The notes under the pieces were generated by a model, which had not been told where the DNA came from, made no database searches, and worked only from the letters and a program-made list of their open reading frames with translations. A stretch of 64,000 nucleotides of DNA, filler included, from Choristocarpus tenellus KU-1152 (Eukaryota > Protista > Phaeophyceae), in NCBI GenBank assembly GCA_964200185.2. It is 10 parts of 10 records of this genome, joined end to end, with 100 filler letters (N's around TTAATTAATTAA, not from the genome) between each part and the next. Parts side by side here need not be neighbours in the genome. Positions count along the whole stretch, not along the records: positions 7,829 to 15,036 come from CAXNAD020006534.1; positions 15,137 to 19,901 come from CAXNAD020013143.1; positions 20,002 to 26,284 come from CAXNAD020008482.1; positions 26,385 to 33,224 come from CAXNAD020007240.1; 6 more parts are not named here. One strand, written 5' to 3'. Both the position numbers and the translations under genes were made by a program. Positions 13,099-26,422 of the stretch are shown here, one piece after another (the first letter of the stretch is position 1; each line of letters begins with the position of its first letter).

Positions 13099-14689
13099 TT
13101 TTGTTGTCTTGCTCAGCTCGTTGCACCATGCCAACCACCCTTTGTTCCCCCTTGAGTAGAGGAACAATACATTTGCACGATTACAGACTCATGTGACGGT
13201 TCTTACAAGGAGAAGCACCACATTATGGAACAATTATAAACCTTTGCAGGCAATCTCATCAACAAGCGGGTAGGTGGTAAGGGAAGTGTCAGAGTGCGCC
13301 AACAGCATATTTTCAATCACCCATGAATCGGGTGCTCACCATACATTGTTTTTCTTCATCTGGTTGTATTAGGTGAATCTCGTTTAGGTTGTTGTTCCTG
13401 CAACACTGATAGCCATCCTAATCCGACTACTATTAGCGATCCAATACAAGGGAACTACTTTAACTAACTCAGTTTGACTTCTTACCCTTATCTCTACTCT
13501 TCACACCCTCTCTGAAAGTATGATTTGTTACATATATTTTGCTAGTGAAGCTCTAGTTGTTTTGTGTAGATCATTGGCCGGTTGTACCGCACATTTGCCA
13601 AACATCTCAGCGGTTCTTTGTGCTTGCTCTGTATATGGACTTGCCAATCATTATTAATGTGTTGCAGATGTAAAAAGAAATGCCCTGCAGCAGTAAGTAT
13701 TAAGTACGAAGTATGGTATGATTTAGACCTCAAAAACAGGGCCCTGGCCTCTATAATATACCACCACAGAACTGACAGTACAAGCCATTGAATAATACCA
13801 GAGTAGCCATGTTCATAGACTGTTTGAGGGTTCCTCTAGAGTGAAAGGACTGCACAGACAGATTATTTGGGTAGTATTTTGACCGAGCCCATCCCGTAAA
13901 AAATATTTGATTGCTTATTCCAGGTTGTAAACTATTTTAACATGGACTGGCCACAGGTCGGCCCTTCAACAATGTGTTCTGGTACAAATGATGCTCCACT
14001 ACAGTTGTGTTGGAGCCATATTTGTACAAGATTACCACAAGAGTGAATAGTTGGAGTACCAATGACCAATCATTGGACCTTTCCCCTGGACAGATGGATG
14101 TGGACAAGGACCGGTTTATGACTGATGGTTTACTGTTTCAAGATGACTGGGCTGCAGGCCAGCCTTGTACCGATATATTACACCTGGCTCGGTCCATGGC
14201 AGCTAAATGTTTCAACACACCCCTACCGTGCTAACTGCCGTGACTGATGAAAAGTCCTGATAATAATAACTACAGTTGTGAGACAGATGGAAACAGGTCG
14301 ACAGGTTCTTCAGACTGAAAGGAACCGGGAATATCCACAGGGGGAAGGGAATGGGATTGGAGAGAGACAAGGCAGGAGGGTGAGCAATCCCTCAGGAGAT
14401 CACTCAGGAAAGAGTGAACAAGCAAAAGTGATTGAGGGGGATTTGCAAGGTCCCCTCAAACCACCTCCTATTTACTTCAAGCAGATGTTAACTTCAACAT
14501 ACAAATGCTGATGTCATATGAGCAACAGACCTTGAAGTACATATTTTCAACGTAAGTCACCTTAATGGTATAACTTAGTTGGAAGATGGTTATCACACTG
14601 CAGTAAAATGTATAGTACTAATAAAAATGTTCTGAAATTTGAACTCCAGATAGACACTCTTGAAATCGAATGACAGAGTACATTGTCGC

Positions 14690-14990
14690 AATTTCCCGTA
14701 TTTGTCGGTACTAATACCGCACGGGAGTTGCGAGGTAGGGACGAGAGTCTCGATTGTACCACTTCCAACTTTCTCCAGACGAAGACGAAGGGGACTGACG
14801 GAAGTCGAGGTGAAACTGTATTATTGACCCATTCCTCTGACCAAAACTTCTGGTGTGTTAAAGGTCGTGTATGTGAGCGTCGCATTTTTCCCCTTAGAAT
14901 TATTTTCATGCATGGGTTGTGCGTCCCACGATGACAACGCCCTAGACCCAGCTGGCTGACTCCCCTTTCGACACGTTCTACACCAAATTC
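14690..14990 (-). pseudogene. Possible Tc1/mariner DDD-domain C-terminal relic
   Basis: SHTRPLTHQKFWSEEW...SPRLPSVPFVFVWRKLE resembles HxA..W.PxSPDLNPxDxxxWxxL. Very degenerate. Confidence 0.35.
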
Positions 14991-15788
14991 GTAAAGTGAG
15001 GGTCAAAGTATCTTGGGGGGGGGGGTGGTTTGTGAGNNNNNNNNNNNNNNNNNNNNNNNNNNNNNNNNNNNNNNNNNNNNTTAATTAATTAANNNNNNNN
15101 NNNNNNNNNNNNNNNNNNNNNNNNNNNNNNNNNNNNCAAAATCAGGAAAAGTGTTTTTACATTATCCATTCAACGTATGCAACCAAATAACCCATAAATT
15201 GCGACATGAAAAAATTGACCCCAAATGGACAGCCGCTACCCCCCCCAGATACTTTGAGCCAATGTGTCTAAGACGGGCAAGTGTTGTAGAATCTATCCAT
15301 ACTTCAATTTGGCGCTCTTGGCCACACTTCAAGGTAGTCGGGGCTTTCACAGAGTCAAATGCAGTCTACACACGCTCTCACCCTGTCCAAGGCCTCCAGC
15401 CCCCCACTAATTGCAACTTCCCGGCAAGTCAAGCGACTCCCACGCATTAGTGATGCTGCAGCTAGCGCTCCTTGAGTCTGAGTATGTTGTTTGTGGACTG
15501 GCAGTTAGGTGGGGGAAGAAATCGACACTCACATCTGGGCAACTGCAAGGAACTTCAATGTTTCTGTTACAGGTGAAAATTGTATTCACTTGCTTGTTCT
15601 GCTTCTTGTGCACCATGGTACTGTAATGCACCCATGGATGATCAAAATCAGACTTATTCAGAGGGGGCAAAGGTCGTGCCATTGAGACTTGTACAAGAGC
15701 ATCCACCCGATATATCCCTAAGCTAAAAGTTCAATAAGAAGTGCTGCGTATTTGCTCCCCATACACCGTGCTTCAAAGATGCAACCCT

Positions 15789-16047
15789 GAGTGAAAGTAT
15801 CTTAGAGGGTACGAGTTTATCCCTGCTTGTCCATTTTAGTCTTGGCTTCCCATGGGTTTTTAATGGTATTATACCTACTCCAAACTGTTTCGGAGTAGGT
15901 AATATATGCATGTTATGAAAAGGTGTATCCGGAACAAGGATATTGACATTCCCTAACAAACACGATAGCCAAAATTCCATCAAAATTGCAATATTGCATT
16001 TTGGCCCCCAAATGGACGCGGCTCTACTCTCTAAGATACTTTGACTC
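15789..16047. mobile_element. MITE family A
   Basis: 259 bp, exact 4-bp TSD CCCT. Confidence 0.92.
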
Positions 16048-16346
16048 CCCTACATAGATGCTATTGTTTGCTCACCTGTATGGATTCATCAAGTGGAAAA
16101 CTGTTCATTGCCTCAACAATAGCTCTGCAGCCACCCGCCGATCGCATTTTTCTGCAATTTGACTGTGCTAAGAAATTATCGGTCAGATAGATAGGGTGGA
16201 AAGAGATTGAGAACTGTGAGGTCCACAGTGGTGATTATGGCAGGAACGAATCTGGAACAATCATCCTGTCATGCCCTCGTGTTTTTAGGACACACTATGA
16301 GCACCTGTTAATCCAATATGGCAAGAACTGCTACTGTGGTAAAAGG

Positions 16347-16448
16347 ATAATGATAATGATGATAATAATGATAGTGACAATGATAATGATAATGATAATG
16401 ATAATGATAATGATAATGATAATGATAATGATAATGATAATGATAATG

Positions 16449-16478
<30 letters not shown>
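16347..16478. repeat. (ATAATG)n microsatellite, ~22 units
   Basis: Direct reading. Confidence 0.95.
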
Positions 16479-16479
<1 letters not shown>

Positions 16480-16995
16480 CAATATGTCGAGCAGTAATAA
16501 CTATAACAATGATAAGTTTAGTTGAGCCTTGTAGACGACCCAGATATTCCTGCGATTTTGTGAGTTGAGGGAATTGAAATATGTGAAATAGCAGTAAGAG
16601 CAAGTTCAAAAACAGGCATGCGGACTACAAAGGTGAGAAACTGTGAATATCCAAAACGTGTGCCACAGCAAGGAACAAGTAAGATCCTTCCACACAGTAC
16701 GATAAATGTATTGATCTGGTCTCACGGTCCCATTTTGTAAGAGGGTTAGGGTTAGGGTTATGGAAAACGAAAACTACATTTTATATAAAGCAGGTGCAAG
16801 CCATGTGGCACTATAGTATTGAGTTGGTTGAATAATTCACATGATATTTGAAAAAAATGATTTAGTCCAAATTATGTTTAATCAATAATCGTGTTCCAAA
16901 ATGGTGTTGAACTGCCCCCAAGTCAGTCTGTTGTGAGCGGTGCCAGGGGCAAGTAAAAAAAAAGGAAGGAAGGAAGGCAAGACAATTTGTGCGAA

Positions 16996-17261
16996 GAGTG
17001 AAAGTATCTTATTAAGAGAGGGTACGAGTTTTGCTCTGTATGTCCATTTGAGGCTTGACTTCCCATGTCATATTTTTATGACATTTTCCTGCTCCAAAAT
17101 TTTTCGGAGTAGGTAAAATGTATACATCATCGAAAGGTGTGTTCGGCACAAGTATATTGATATTTCCCAACAAACACGATAGCCAAAATTACATCAAAAT
17201 CGAAACTTTGGATTTTGGCCCCCAAATGGACGAGGCCCTACCCTCTAAGATACTTTGGCTC
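16996..17261. mobile_element. MITE family A
   Basis: Exact 4-bp TSD CGAA. Confidence 0.92.
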
Positions 17262-17551
17262 CGAACGAATCTTATTGATTGAATGTCACATACAGCAGTG
17301 ATGTCAAAATTGGGAGGCAAGGGGTTGAGTTACAATGAGGGAAAACAATATTAAATGCACTCTTTCGGAGTAGCATACACGGGCTTGATGCTCCGCATGG
17401 GCCAATCTGTCCACATAGATGTTGCCTTTCGTAGAGTGATACCAACCTCTTCAAACTGTCTAGTGTTAGAAATATATTAGTGCAGGTCAGAAATATGACA
17501 GTCATAGGGGTGAAGCAGGCCAGACCGGCGAAGACTTGGCACGCTACCCAT

Positions 17552-17885
17552 TTCAAACATCTCAAACATCTCAAACATCACGTGAGTGAAAGTATCTTAG
17601 AGGGTAGGAATTTTGCCCTGTTTGTCCATTTTGGGACTTGGCTTCCCACGAATGTATACGCTATGAAAAGGTGTGTTCAGAACAAGGATATTGACACTTC
17701 CTAAGAAACACAATAGCCAAAATTACATCAAATCGGAACATTGGATTTTGGACCCCAAATGGACACGGCTCTACCCTCTAAGATGCTTTTACTCTCAATA
17801 ATATCAAAAATATCAAACATAACAAACATATCAAACATATCAAACATATCAAACATATCAAACATATCAAACATACCAAACATAT
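17552..17885. repeat. (ATCAAACAT)n 9-bp minisatellite split by a MITE
   Basis: About 3 units at 17552-17580 and about 9 units at 17800-17885. Confidence 0.85.
17584..17794. mobile_element. MITE family A, central hairpin deleted
   Basis: Both TIRs, 211 bp, inside a 9-bp minisatellite. Confidence 0.85.
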
Positions 17886-19332
17886 GAAAACACAAGCACG
17901 CAGAAAAAAAGTGCCAATACATTAACACGCACACACTTGCCTCGCAGTACATGGAAAGAGCCCGTGCAGCTAGGAGACCTCTTGCTACCAACATTGCGTC
18001 AGTCTCTTCCTGCTCTTTTGTCATTGCCTCTGTCCCCTCCAGTGGCCCATTTACCTTATATTCATCCTCATCGCTACCTTTGTCCCCAACATTTTTCCCA
18101 GTTCCGTGTGGGTGCTGGAAATCCTCAGTGCCACTACCCCCAATACAATTCCTTTTTTTTGGCATTAATGCTCTATTGATGTGAGTGATGGTGACGTGAC
18201 AGGCCCCAGCCTCCCCCAGCCGGGAAGATATGTCAGGCATTGACCATGCAAGGTGAGCAACTGCCCAGAACCCCTGTAACTGAGTGCCCTTGTGATTGGG
18301 GAAGGTTTGAAGGGCCTTGAGAGTGGCCTCGCAAGCACCTGCCTATCAAGAGCCAAGGCAAAATGGATCCAAGGGGAAGATTGGGATTGGAGGATGGAAG
18401 CGGACAAAGGAACTGCTTTTGAAACCTTGATTTGTGCTTCTGCTTTTGACTGAGTGAGTATAATGAGGAGAAGGACATCACCATCTATGAACAGCAAGGG
18501 AGTGAACCTTAGAAATGGTCCCATTGGATTATAAAGGTCCTCAGTCAATTGAATATAATGACTAGTACTCTGAGATAGAGCCTTTTTGTCATCAACATGA
18601 TCACCTGTTCATGTCCATCTTTCTTGAAGTTGTAGCATGGAGAAATTATTGCTCAGGAGCACCGCTAGCACAAAAGGTTGGCTACCCACAGTCATCTCCC
18701 AACACAAAGACTTCTGATTTGTAGTGTACTTTGAAGCATGAATTTTCCTGCTTGGAGAGTTTAGACTTCAATTCAATTGTGGGTATTTGCAATAACCTTC
18801 GTAGAACAAAGACAATCACAGCACCACCTCAGGACCAAAACCTTGCACAAGGCCTTAGCTCTCATGTAGCTTAGGTCCAGTCCATGGATGAAGCACACAA
18901 CGATTGCTTTCAATAACCCAAAAATCGCCACCTGAATTTCCTCACATTTGCCAGGCGTTGCTTGTTCTGTTGATGCTCCCATGCCAGGTTCACTGCCGCC
19001 ATGAGACATGGTTCAATTAGAGTCCCCACACGGGGGAGGGTTCCTAGAGCTATGGCTACTGCCTCACAAGCGCCTGCTTTTCCAAGCCTGTGAAGTAGAA
19101 AATATTGTTGTGAGCTATGAAAAAGGAAAGATGTGGCATAGGACCTGAATGGGTTATGAATGTCTGCGTACTATTTCTGCTCGAAGGGAGGATATGCCAT
19201 GGAAACTAAAACATCTATAAATTTCATTATTTTCAAAAGGCTTCTGGAGGTCCTCATAAACAGTTTGTTTCCAAGAAATGCTCTGTAGTTAGAAACATGT
19301 AATCCCCCTGCATTCAAGAAATACATTCCTTT

Positions 19333-19592
19333 GAGTGAAAGTGTCCTAGAGGGTACAAGTTTTGCCCTGTTTGTCCATTTGGGGCTTGGCTTCCCTCAGG
19401 GTTTTTTTATAACATTTTCCTAGTCCAAAATATTTCGTAGTAGGTAAAATGTGTACATTATGAAAAGATGTGTCTGGAACAAGGATATTGACACTTCCTA
19501 ACAAACACGATAGCCAAAATTACATCAAAATCGGAACATTGGAGTTCGGTCCCCAAATGGACTTGGCTCTACCCTCTAAGATTATTTGACTT
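19333..19592. mobile_element. MITE family A
   Basis: Full length; flanks TTT/TTT. Confidence 0.88.
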
Positions 19593-20001
19593 TTTGCTTT
19601 TGTCTAAGTACCACCACCAAGACCAAGAAAACGTGAGTGAGGGGTAGGAGGTTGGAGTGGAAGGTGCAATGTTAGTTTAAGTAGATTTCATTTGGACTGT
19701 GCCTAGAATTTCAATGTTTTACTACCAACTGATCACATTAACCAGTCCACTTCCCTAACACTTCAAGTATGATGTCAAGTATGATGAGGTTACAATTGAT
19801 GCAAATGTGAACAATAAAATCTTTAGTGCCCTCTAATATTTAGACACTTCTGACCCAAAGTATCTGGGAGGGGGGGGGTTCTACACCAAGGTGTCCATTT
19901 GNNNNNNNNNNNNNNNNNNNNNNNNNNNNNNNNNNNNNNNNNNNNTTAATTAATTAANNNNNNNNNNNNNNNNNNNNNNNNNNNNNNNNNNNNNNNNNNN
20001 N

Positions 20002-20053
20002 CCGAAACAAACGCCCCCTCACAAACCACCCCCCCCCCCAGATACTTTGACCC
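20002..20053. mobile_element. Terminus of a third related element (family C: GGGTCAAAGTATCT-polyG-TGGTTTGTGAG)
   Basis: Reverse complement of the terminus at 15000-15036. A further variant starts at 42308. Confidence 0.65.
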
Positions 20054-20399
20054 ATGGAACACAGAATGGGGCATATTCTTATCATTTTGAATGTTCCTGC
20101 TGCAGCGTGGAGCTGCACAACACTGTCACAATCCCCATGGCGAGCCTCTACAACCCGTCGTCCCCGTAACGAAGCGCATTGTCTTGGGGAAAAAACTTCG
20201 AGCTGACGGAATAGGGTTGGACCGCACTTGCTCTGCATTATGAATTGGCTCATACTCCACGCCACAAGAGGGTCTTGAGGGGCGTGGTGTCTAAATTGGC
20301 GAAGGAGATTGGAGTGGGAGAGAGACACCCTAGACGGATGTGGGCGTGCATCAAAGAACAGTTAGACAGGGAGAATACCATCTCCCTGAAATCACAAGC

Positions 20400-21440
20400 A
20401 TGATCCGGACGATCGTTGGACCTTAAGCCAACGAAACAAGCAAAGATCCGGGAAATCAAAGACAGTAATCGCATGCTGCCTATTGACCAAATTTTCGCGA
20501 AGCTCGCTGAAGCAGGTCTTGCAGCCGGCAGATCAAAGCTCCATCACTGGCTCAAAGTCATGGGATCAATGAGGATCCAGTGGCATGTCACTCCTAAACT
20601 TTCGCTTTCTCACAAGAACAGGGCGGACTTCATCCTCAACCAGATCTCACACAATTGCAAAACCTACAGGACTGGCCTCAACACCATTCTCATTGATGAG
20701 GCATGGTTCTGCCTCATCCACAAGCGAGAGATGGTGCACAACTTCCCGGGGGAGGAAAAGTTGGGCTTGATGAAGGTGCTGCATAAGAGTCAAATTCCCA
20801 AAGTGCTGTTCATCTCCGCAGTTTTGCACTTGGATGCTTCCCATGTTTTCGGCTGTAAGATTGGAATCTAGCAAGTTGACATCGCGAAGGAGGCGCAACG
20901 GACTACAGCATGTCACATGAATGGCGAGGTGTAAGAAGTGGACGTCACCGTGAACATAATGTGGTACCTGGAGTGGTACAAGGACCAGCTGTTGCCAGCG
21001 ATCAAGAAAGAAATTCTGTGGGGGGCTCCATACAGCAGGACGGTGTGACCCCACATACAGGCGAGGGCATAGTGCAGACACTGAACGCAGCAGGGATGGA
21101 GGAGAGATGGAACATTAAGCTTGTGATGCAGCCAGTGCAGTTGCCGGGTCTCAGCATCAATGATTTGGGGCTTTTGCATATCTGAAGAGCAGGGTTAGGG
21201 TGGAGCGTTATGGCACCATTAATGAACTTGTACACGGGGTTTCAAGTGTGTTCCAGACACGCTCAAGAGGGTGTGGGAGAGTTTGTTTAAGAAGTACATT
21301 CAGGTTTTAAGGGCGCTGGCGGGGAACGATTTCAAGGTAGAGTACACCAGGACCAAAAGATGGCAGCAGGAGGGCGGGTTGACTAGATCAGTTGAAGTAG
21401 ACCAAGCAGTCTCCGCGGCGACCCTGGATTGGTGGGGTTG
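20400..21440 (+). pseudogene. Mariner-like (plant/stramenopile DD39D-type) transposase pseudogene
   Basis: ILIDEAWF, HKSQIPKVLFISAV, KIGI, LLPAIK, IQQDGVTPH, LVMQPVQLPGLSINDLG in order, with stops and frameshifts. Confidence 0.85.
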
Positions 21441-24400
21441 ATGGTGTCGACTAAAGGCGAGACAGTTATTTTAAGTAAAATATTCCAAGGAATCCAACGC
21501 AAAGGTCCGTTTTGTAATCAGAGGTCATTTCGAAGTGCTACAGCTTAACGGCCCAGGCGTACGGGGCCAAGGGAGTAACATGCATACTGTCCGGTTGTTC
21601 TGATACCGCAACTGCCACCCAATGATAGTATGCACTTAATGTAACTGTCCTATCCAGTGGTACAGTTGCCGCATAAACACAAAACACATATATGGCACCT
21701 TCTTTATCTGGTGTAGTTTTGGGCAAGATCTGTGTTCAGCAAAAATATAGACCCCTGTCGAAGGGGCTTGACCCCTCAAGCTTGCGTATCTATAACTACG
21801 ACAGGGGGACAAGGGAGAGGGGGGAAGGTGGTGTAGCTCATTACGTCTTTCGTGTGAGGGACCATATGTTCAAGTCAAGGTGATCCATCATAATGAAACT
21901 GCGTACAAATTTCACCTATTACCACTTCTAATACATCTGGGCATGAGAGTTGATACTGGTAATCCACAGACAGGCTGATGAATGGACAAGAATTATTTCT
22001 TTTTGTGTATGAGAGGGACCTAAAGAGCCAGTGCTGATATGGTCTTAGAAATATATATAGGAACAAATAGGCACGAGTACATGGACGGTCTATGGGGAGG
22101 ATAAGAGCCGGTTTTGGAAATAGTATGCGAAAATAATATGTAGGACTCAAACTTCAAACAAATCGCAATAGGAAAAAACAGCTCTAAAGAGTCAGTCTTG
22201 GCATGTGGGAACAAACAAATAGACAAAACAGACAGATCAACAGACAGGAATTAATTAGTTTTACATGATATGAACATGAGAGGGACCCAGAAAGGTTCGG
22301 AAGGGGCTCCTGGACCCCTCAGTTGCCCCTTGACAACACATGAACAGGAGAGAGGCAGGAGCGTGCTTTGATACAAACTATAATTATCCATTCTAGATAC
22401 AGTTTTGATCCATAGATAATGTGGTAAGTGCTACATACTGAACAATTGTTCTTGGATGATACATATGATACAGGATAGAAGGGTGGGTGAGAGTCAATAC
22501 TCACAAACACCACAAAAGGTGTTTTGTTGGTCCGGGGTAGTTCCAAAGTTACAGACTATCGAAATTGCTGTTATTTATCAACATTGTTCACATTTTTTTT
22601 CGTTCTTCTGTAAAGATTCTCCAGTTTCATCACTTTTTCAAGCTCAGATGTTTCGTAAAATACGACCTCTCTAGTCTTTTCTTGGATTAACACATTTCCC
22701 TCATTTGTCCTCATTACCCAAACCAACCCATGTCGTGGGACTGATAAGTTTCCATTCTATTGCATCCACAGCGTATGCCCACATGATATCAATAAATGTC
22801 CAAGTAAAAGTACTGAATACATATATTATATCCCAATTTTGTTCAACAGAAGGATGATAGTTTGAACTTGATAGTATATTACTACACCAGCGTCATTTAT
22901 CACAACTGCTGTGTGTAAGCTGCATTGAGGACTTTTTGCACTTGGTCGTATGTCAATTTTAATTTTAAATTTGCATGAAATGCAAAACATTCTATTCCTT
23001 GAGGGTGTCTCTCACAACCACATCACACCATCATCACATTACCTTAGCAACATTGCATTTTGCTCAACCTTCTTGTAGTCGTACATGTTGTCCGCGGGAC
23101 CTTGATGTAATTGTGACTCAGCACTCATCAAATTGCTACTAACCTTTATAGCACGTAAAGTCTTTGGGATTGGCTACCCAAGACCTTTGATACACATATG
23201 CTTGCTCTGCCATTACTGTGCTTGGTGTCCCTACATATTGCTATGCACAAGAATGGTTTAGAAAACCCTTCTTTGTCGTGGACAGCCATGGAAGGGTCAT
23301 GTTGTCATCATTGTTAACTGCATTGCCAAATCAAACCATACTTTATCAACCGGTTTTGTCTTGGTATCTGATATATGACCCACTCTGAGATGACATACCC
23401 AATCTCAACCTCATCTAGAATGTGCAATCTTCTCTAGTTCCATTTTCATTGTAAATATACACTAGAGATGGTGTACCATGAACATCAAAATACAACCACA
23501 ACTATACTCTAAATCGTTTTCGGATCAACTTACACTTTTGCAATCCCATTTCGAACCTTCAAAATTCCTTCCTGAACTGTTTCTTATTACTGTGGCAAAG
23601 ATAACGGTACTGTTATCGTATCAGCATATTTCATGGCAAAAATCAACGATATGTATTGTTGCTGCACACTTGCTATGAGAGGCACAACCCCACACACAGA
23701 CCATCCTCCCAGCTCCTCTATCCCCTTGATTACAACAACTGTTGTTTTGAGAGGCCCTTGTTGCGACCAATACACCATTGGCAACATATCAGTGACCAGT
23801 GAAAAAAAGTAAATAAATAGATGTGATTGAGTACTTGTGTGATACAATATACAATATGAGGGGGAAGTATCAAGGCTTTTGCACCTTAAATTGATATAAA
23901 TTTCACTGTAACTGTTGTAGTGGAACCATGGGTTTCGAACATGTGGTGTGTAGAATAGTTCTGAATATATGTTCTAGAATATTTTACTTTGGACAATATG
24001 GTAGTCAATACATTGGACACAGTTGCCTGCTGGAAGGCTAGAAAGGTAGAGCAGCCCATGCAGTGGAGGATGACTCACTACCTCATCTGGAGTTGGATAA
24101 CTCTACGCCTAAGACAAAAAAAAGGAAAATTGATATAATCCCTTTTGGCTATGGTCAGCTGAACAATATATAATATCAATATATATATATATATATATAT
24201 ATCTACTATCATAAAATTAACACAATTCAAAACAGGTTTGTTGATATGGTGGGTTGCTAACCAAAAAATAAATGACATCTTTCGGATATTTGCTATGAAG
24301 AACTTATCCCACCAGACAAACAAATGCGTGAGGTGATCTTCTGATTCCTTGTGAAAAACAGGTTGAGTAGGACCTTTCAATGGCTGCAATTTGCCAAGTG

Positions 24401-25599
24401 TAACTCCGTCTTAGGGTTTAACAAAATGGCCATGATAATGCAATTCCTACAGCTCCTGCAGTCCCTGCCAACCAAAGGACCAACCAATACACAGAATGTT
24501 GATATATTTTCTAAATGTAAATATGTGAACTTTACAGGTGGGAGTATCTGTAATTTTCTTGATAGCTGTCAATAGTTTCCTGCTGCTCTAATTGAAAACT
24601 CCTCCAAACTACATGATAAACGGGATGCTCAGCAACCCTGTGCAAGTGTTTGAATTGTAGAGATAACCCATGTTCTGAATGGTGTTGAATGTTCTCCATG
24701 AAAAACCTCTTTTATCAAAATACAGTGGTCCTAATAGCATATCGACCAGCACATACTACTTCTACCAAAATCTAAGTGCTTTGCGAGGGATCATTTTCTG
24801 TTGTACAAATGTATGGGTTAAAGTTTTAGATTCGTTAACTTCGGGGTTATGTCTATAGGTTTACCACTCCGCATCACAGGTTGGATCTCAGGACCAGCAG
24901 GAACTGGTCTACTACAGTTTCCTTACGAAACAAAGCCAAGAAAAGCATGGTGTCATTAGAGTAAACAGATAGTTAAAGGCAGAAGGAAACGCGTGGGTAA
25001 CTACCAAAGTTTTGTTTCCTGCCGTTCACGAGTTGACCTCAACAGGATTTCTGGTGGTGGTCACCTGATGCACACTACGGCTGGGCTCCTGGACCCACTT
25101 TCGGCAGCGAAGATTGTTATCTGCCTGATTTCATTGGGCCTATTCGGAAGAATCAGTTCTAGAAGACAGACACGCTTCAAATGCAACATAAGCATTATAG
25201 CAAAGAACTCGTTAACATTGCCCTCAATCAAACCCCCCTGACTTGATGCACTAGTACTGCTCACGGTTCTGTTCTTCCTTGTTTAGAAACATGTCCCATT
25301 GCACCTCTTTCCAACAACCGATTCGCAGCTTCGATATTACCTTTTGGAGCAGGGCTCCCTTCATCTTTTTTCCTTGTCATATATTCCCCACCGGTTGTTG
25401 CTCCCACCTTGGCAACCTTTTCCTGGTTTGTATTTGTACTTGGGATAGATGCCTGAATCTCGTCAGGAAGAAGCGAACGGAATTCCACAGCGCAGCTATA
25501 GCATAGTCTTACAGTGTAAAACAGGCTGCAAGGTACGCAGACGGAATGCATGCAAACGGAGCAAACACCCCCCACTACTGTTGGCAGCCAGCTTGCCTG

Positions 25600-26110
25600 C
25601 TCATGACGCAGAGGGTGAAGATACAACGCCAAGGTTAGGAAGGCGCCGCCATCACTACATTTTTACAATGTGGGGTTGCAATCTGGAGAGGTGTACAAAC
25701 TGTGCCGTGGTGGTTAAGGGTCACCGGGGGCGCAAATTCAACGTAGGTGCAAGTCCAGCACGTTCTCCTCGACACAGGGAATGCTCCGAATCAAAACACG
25801 GATATTGGAAGTGGAATTTGGCATGGCCAATCGCAAAGACGGCGAGTTCACACAATCCGCTAGCAAAATAAACCCACAATTCTCTATAGAGAATGTAACT
25901 CACATGTGCATGACTTTCAATACTTCTTCCAGAGATGAAGGGGTCTTTGATACAGAAAACATCTTCCAGGAAAGCAACCTGCGGACAGTACCAGGGGCGT
26001 CGTCCGTAGTAGTCGGCAGGGAATTCCTGGGCACACACTTGGCAAAAGAACGAGTTGGTCCCTTGCTTATGTTGCCCAAACTTCATTACTCACTCCCTGC
26101 CATCACCTAT
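25600..26110 (-). pseudogene. Probable KDZ (Kyakuja-Dileera-Zisupton)-type transposase relic
   Basis: KFGQHKQGTNSFFCQVC...YILYRELWVYF...FAIGHAKFHFQYPC...LN...AQFVHLSRLQPHIVKM parallels the KDZ T-G-F-C-H / YCLxREP / DxFH..H..C / N..EQ..L..YM layout. Confidence 0.4.
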
Positions 26111-26211
26111 GATGCATGTAGGCCCTTCTCTTACAGATGTGAAGGTTAGGATGTAGAGTGCAGTGTATATGAATATTACTCCTATTATATAGTGTGAGAG
26201 CCACATTCCAC

Positions 26212-26284
26212 AGAAGGTATACCCTGAGAGTTACCTGTCTTGAATATCATGTAGAAGGTATACCCTGAAGGTGACCTATCTTGA
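26212..26284. repeat. ~41-bp tandem repeat running into contig end
   Basis: AGAAGGTATACCCTGA...ACCT.TCTTGA occurs twice. Confidence 0.7.
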
Positions 26285-26386
26285 NNNNNNNNNNNNNNNN
26301 NNNNNNNNNNNNNNNNNNNNNNNNNNNNTTAATTAATTAANNNNNNNNNNNNNNNNNNNNNNNNNNNNNNNNNNNNNNNNNNNNGG

Positions 26387-26422
<36 letters not shown>

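Noticed and set aside
12928-13167. Recurrent small ORFs (..KPSPKWTNREKLVPSKILS.., ESILEG..) looking like a gene family
   Set aside because: They are translations of MITE A, with inconsistent frames, starts and stops.
15261-15720. Coding-like decayed sequence (also 10430-11130, 22700-23450, 27040-27640, 28620-29300, 36000-37450, 48800-50450)
   Set aside because: Probably old TE relics, but I found no diagnostic motif I could defend.
16285-16609. Poly-Ile, (MI)n and (SL)n ORFs
   Set aside because: Products of the (ATAATG)n microsatellite.
26212-26284. CRISPR-like reading of short repeats here and at ~31508-31675
   Set aside because: Only two units, no regular unique spacers, no cas genes, eukaryotic context.
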